Below, piece by piece: positions 60,612-64,000 of a stretch of DNA of 64,000 bases. The DNA is from Deltaproteobacteria bacterium (lineage in GTDB: Bacteria > Myxococcota_A > Polyangia > DRWM01 > JAAZOP01). The notes beneath the pieces are model-generated. The model did no database searches, was not told the DNA's origin, and saw nothing but the letters and a program-made list of their open reading frames with translations. How positions within the stretch are numbered: the stretch's first letter is position 1; each line of letters starts with the position of its first letter. Both the position numbers and the translations under genes were made by a program. The stretch lies in assembly GCA_016218765.1 (NCBI GenBank), contig JACRCZ010000118.1:1772-65771 (forward strand), given 5' to 3'.

Positions 60612-61349
60612 CTATTTCTCCTCCGCGTCCGTATCGTCGGTGTCGTCCTCGTCGTCGTCGTCGTCCTTTTCCTTGTCCTTCTCCAGATCCTCGCGCGGCG
60701 GCGGCGGCAGGGGCGCGGCGCGGGGCACGACCGGCAACGGTCCGGCCAGCCGAGGGCCGGGTACGACGGGCGCGGGCGCGGCGGGAACGGGCTTCGGGAT
60801 CGCGCCCGCCTTCGGCGCGATCAGGAGGTGCATCGTCCGGCCCTCCATCCGGGACGTCTGCTCCACGACCGCTTCGTCCTTGAGGTCCGCCACGATGCGG
60901 TCCAGGAGGTGCTGCGCCACCTGCGGGTGCGCCAGCTCCCTCCCCCGGAAGCGCACCGTGATCTTCGCCTTGTCGCCCTCCGAGAGGAACCGGCGGATGT
61001 GGCGCATCTTGAAGTCGTAGTCGTGATCGTCCGTCTTCGGGCGGAACTTGATCTCCTTGATCTCGATCACCGTCTGCCGCTTACGCGCCAGGTTCGCCTG
61101 CTTCTTCTGCTCGTACTTGAACTTCCCGTAGTCCATCAGCCGGCAGACCGGCGGCGCGGCCTTCGGATTGACCTCGACCAGGTCCAGACCCGCCGAGCGC
61201 GCCCGGTCCAGCGCCTCCCCCGACGTCATGATCCCGATCATCGCGCCGTCGGCACCGATCAGGCGCACCTCCGGTACGCGGATGCGCTGGTTCACCCTCA
61301 CCGACGGCTCAGGCCGATCCTCTCCCGGTCGCAATCCCTTCTTGAACAA
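60612..61349 (-). CDS. infC: Translation initiation factor IF-3 with a Pro-rich/acidic C-terminal extension
   Basis: RVNQRIRVPEVRLIG, VCRLMDYGKFKYE and IKFRPKTDDHDYDFK motifs. There is no in-frame ATG before the N-domain, and the ORF opens with TTG. The tail is about 70 aa, ending DDDDDEDDTDDTDAEEK. Confidence 0.9.
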   Translation of the reverse strand: MFKKGLRPGEDRPEPSVRVNQRIRVPEVRLIGADGAMIGIMTSGEALDRARSAGLDLVEVNPKAAPPVCRLMDYGKFKYEQKKQANLARKRQTVIEIKEIKFRPKTDDHDYDFKMRHIRRFLSEGDKAKITVRFRGRELAHPQVAQHLLDRIVADLKDEAVVEQTSRMEGRTMHLLIAPKAGAIPKPVPAAPAPVVPGPRLAGPLPVVPRAAPLPPPPREDLEKDKEKDDDDDEDDTDDTDAEEK

Positions 61350-61447
61350 GACCTCTCTCTCCCTCCTTCAATTCCCCCGACCGCTCGCCCTGAGCCCGTC
61401 GAAGGGCCGACTCGTCCGCCCGACCGCCGACCGCCGGCCGCCGAGCC

Positions 61448-63358
61448 TCAAGAATACCGCAATTCCAGCTTCGGCGGTTGCGCCTCCGACGCCAGTCGTT
61501 CCACGAACGCGTCCACCGGCATGGCCCCCAAATCCCCCTCCGCGCGCGATCGCGGCGTCACGGTCCGCTCCGCCGCCTCCCGGTCACCCACCACCGCGAT
61601 GTACGGCACCCGCTGGTTGCGCGCCTCGCGGATCTTCGCCCCCAGCTTGTCCGACCCGTCGTCGACGTGCACCCGCAGGCCCCGCGCCCGGCACAGCTCT
61701 CCCACCTCGCGCCCCCACGCCTGCTGCTTCTCGCTCACCGTCACGACCGTCGCCTGCACCGGCGCCAGCCACGGCGGAAACCCCCCGGCCAGGTGCTCGA
61801 CCAGCACCCCGAAGAAGCGTTCCATCGATCCCAGGAGCGTCCGGTGCAGCATCACCGGCCGCGGCAACGTCCCGTCCGCCGCCGCGTAGCTCAAGTCGAA
61901 GTTTTCCGGCTGGATGAAGTCCGCCTGGATCGTGCTGCACTGCCACGATCGCCCCAGCGCGTCCTTGACCTGGATGTCGATCTTCGGCCCGTAGAACGCT
62001 CCCCCGCCCTCCTCCACTTCGAACCCCAGCCCGGTCTTCTCCAGACCCAGCCGCAGGTGGCGCTCCGCCTCCGCCCACAGCTCCGGATCCCCCGCGCTCT
62101 CCTTCGGCCGGGTCGACAACACCATCTGGTACTGCTCGAAGCCGAACGCCTTGAGCATGCCGGTGGAGAAATCGATCACGCGGATGATCTCGTCGCCGAG
62201 CTGCTCCCGCCGGATGAACAGGTGCGCGTCGTCCTGCGTGAACCCCCGCACGCGCATCAGGCCGTGGAGCTGCCCCGAACGCTCGAAGCGGTACACCGCC
62301 CCCAGCTCCGCCCAGCGCAGCGGCAGCTCGCGGTAGCTGCGCAGCCGCGAACGGTAGATCTCGATGTGGAACGGGCAGTTCATGGGCTTGAGGATGTACG
62401 GGTTCCCCTCGATCTCCATCGGGGCGTACATGTTTTCCTTGTAGAACCCCAGGTGCCCCGACTTCTGCCACAGCTCGGCCCGCCCGATGTGCGGCGAGAA
62501 GAGCAGCTCGTACCCGTGCGCCAGGTGCTGCGCCCGCCAGTAGTCCTCCACCTGTCGCCGCACGAACGCGCCCTTGGGATGCCACAAGACCAGCCCGCCG
62601 CCGATCGCGTCGCTCGTCGAATACAGATCCAGCTCGCGCCCCAGCTTGCGGTGGTCCCGCTTCTTCGCCTCCTCGATCCGCGCCAGATGCTCGGCCAGGG
62701 CCTTCTTGTCGAAGAACGCCGTCCCGTAGATCCGCGAGAGCATCTTGTTGCGCTCGTCGCCGCGCCAGTACGCTCCCGCCACCCCCGTGAGCTTGAACGC
62801 CTTGACCCATCCGGTCGAGGCCACGTGGGGCCCGCGGCACAGATCCGTCCACTGCCCGTGCCGGTACAGCGTGATCGAGGCGTCCGCCGGGAGGTCGCGG
62901 AGGATCTCCAGCTTGTACGGCTCCCCGAGCTTCGTGAACAGCTCCTCCGCCTCCGCCCGCGTCACCTCGCTCCGCTCCAGCGTCGCGTCCGCCTTCACGA
63001 TCTCCCGCATCGTCTCCTCGATGCGCGACAGATCCTCTTCCGTGAAGGCACCCTCGGGCCGGTCGAAGTCGTAGTAGAACCCGTCCGCGATCGACGGCCC
63101 GATCGTGACTTTCGTCCCCGGGAACAGCCGCTGCACCGCGTCCGCCATCACGTGCGCCGCCGTGTGCCGCACGATGGCCAGGGCCTTCTCGTCCCCGGCG
63201 CGGAGCGGCTGCAGGTCCGCGCCGTCCTCCACGACGGTCATGAGGTCCAGGACGTCGCCGCCCCGGACCACCGCGACCACGTCGTTCACCCGCTCGCCGC
63301 GCTCCTCGAGCCACCGGCGCACGGTGCGCCCCTGCGAACCCGCATTCGCTGTCGTCAT
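61448..63358 (-). CDS. thrS: Threonine--tRNA ligase
   Basis: Full-length class II pattern: TGS/editing domain HTAAHVMA, catalytic core, and anticodon-binding C-terminus. Confidence 0.97.
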   Translation of the reverse strand: MTTANAGSQGRTVRRWLEERGERVNDVVAVVRGGDVLDLMTVVEDGADLQPLRAGDEKALAIVRHTAAHVMADAVQRLFPGTKVTIGPSIADGFYYDFDRPEGAFTEEDLSRIEETMREIVKADATLERSEVTRAEAEELFTKLGEPYKLEILRDLPADASITLYRHGQWTDLCRGPHVASTGWVKAFKLTGVAGAYWRGDERNKMLSRIYGTAFFDKKALAEHLARIEEAKKRDHRKLGRELDLYSTSDAIGGGLVLWHPKGAFVRRQVEDYWRAQHLAHGYELLFSPHIGRAELWQKSGHLGFYKENMYAPMEIEGNPYILKPMNCPFHIEIYRSRLRSYRELPLRWAELGAVYRFERSGQLHGLMRVRGFTQDDAHLFIRREQLGDEIIRVIDFSTGMLKAFGFEQYQMVLSTRPKESAGDPELWAEAERHLRLGLEKTGLGFEVEEGGGAFYGPKIDIQVKDALGRSWQCSTIQADFIQPENFDLSYAAADGTLPRPVMLHRTLLGSMERFFGVLVEHLAGGFPPWLAPVQATVVTVSEKQQAWGREVGELCRARGLRVHVDDGSDKLGAKIREARNQRVPYIAVVGDREAAERTVTPRSRAEGDLGAMPVDAFVERLASEAQPPKLELRYS

Positions 63359-63415
63359 GTTCTCTCGACCGTCATCTGAGGTTGGACCTTGGACGCAACC
63401 AGGGCTGATCGGGAG

Positions 63416-63487
<72 letters not shown>

Positions 63488-63584
63488 CCACGGTCCTTCG
63501 GACACCGGGTACCCGCCCGGCAGCCCAAGGCCGATCGGGCGCGTATACGAAATCCGCCCCGGCAAGTCAACTCGCCGCGGCGGG

Positions 63585-63884
63585 TCACGCGACCGCGCCG
63601 AGAACCTTGTCCAGCTTCCGCGCCACCGAGGTCTCGATCGAACCCTTCATCATCCGCAGCATGAGCGGCAGGTCGATGTCGATCGACACCGTCGAGGCGT
63701 CCAGCACGATCCGCCCCTTCACCCCGCTCGCCATCCCGCTGCCCTCCAGGATCATCAGCGCGTCCCCCGCCCAGCGCCCCTTCACCGCGTACTTCGCCTC
63801 CAGGCTCCCCGACATCTCGTCGAGCTTCTTCTTCAGGTCCTCCACCTTCATCGCATGCGTCCGCCGGATTTCGATCGTCGCCAT
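63585..63884 (-). CDS. Putative polyhydroxyalkanoic-acid system protein (PHA_gran_rgn-type)
   Basis: ATG at 63884 after AAGGAGG..GGAG. A 99-aa protein starting MATIEIRRTHAM..; the pattern matches this small family from memory. Confidence 0.55.
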   Translation of the reverse strand: MATIEIRRTHAMKVEDLKKKLDEMSGSLEAKYAVKGRWAGDALMILEGSGMASGVKGRIVLDASTVSIDIDLPLMLRMMKGSIETSVARKLDKVLGAVA

Positions 63885-64000
63885 GGGTGCTCCACGCCTC
63901 CTTCGACCGCAGAGAATTGCCGAACCGCCGCCCGCTGGCAAGTGCTCGCCCGCAAATTTCGCCCGCAATTTTCATTGCATGTTTTGCCTTTTTCATTTCC

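Overview
High-GC (roughly 70% by eye) bacterial chromosome segment. Several traits point to Myxococcota: GCGC + TM + Arg 'MYXO-CTERM'-type sorting tails, an IF3 with a long Pro-rich/acidic C-terminal tail, a sigma-54 activator, and a very high density of exported Asp-rich/Cys-rich lipoproteins. All calls come from reading the ORF track and DNA by eye. Family names are from memory of motifs, not from searches.

I call 48 CDS plus tRNA-Val(GAC). I saw no rRNA, CRISPR, transposase, integrase or phage genes.

Housekeeping genes: acetoacetate-CoA ligase, glgA, nfi, an S41 C-terminal peptidase, RHH-moxR-DUF58-transglutaminase, lnt, rseP, rsmB, infC, thrS and a PHA-system protein. About half of the genes encode secreted or lipoproteins, including beta-helix enzymes, vWA-like, CAP/SCP, P-domain and LamG-phosphoesterase proteins.

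Most notable observations:
1. One 1686-codon ORF (4035..9095, minus) contains three complete secreted enzymes in series. They are separated by internal MYXO-CTERM-type sorting signals, each followed at once by a new signal peptide. This is a candidate secreted polyprotein.
2. An AmmeMemoRadiSam set appears to be exported: a Tat-like leader on the radical SAM enzyme and a signal peptide on a fused Memo-AMMECR1 protein. It is flanked by a Tat-DUF362 protein and a CCG Fe-S protein, and interleaved with Cys-rich lipoproteins.
3. Three CS-alpha/beta defensin-like 6-Cys knots are fused to vWA, CAP and glycosidase-like modules.
4. A 1607-aa lipoprotein carries about 41 haem-binding motifs in five 170-aa modules.
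5. Almost every intergenic spacer is built from a handful of short dispersed repeat families. Some are inserted in frame into rsmB, nfi and the lipoprotein genes, and some supply the stop or start codons of flanking genes.
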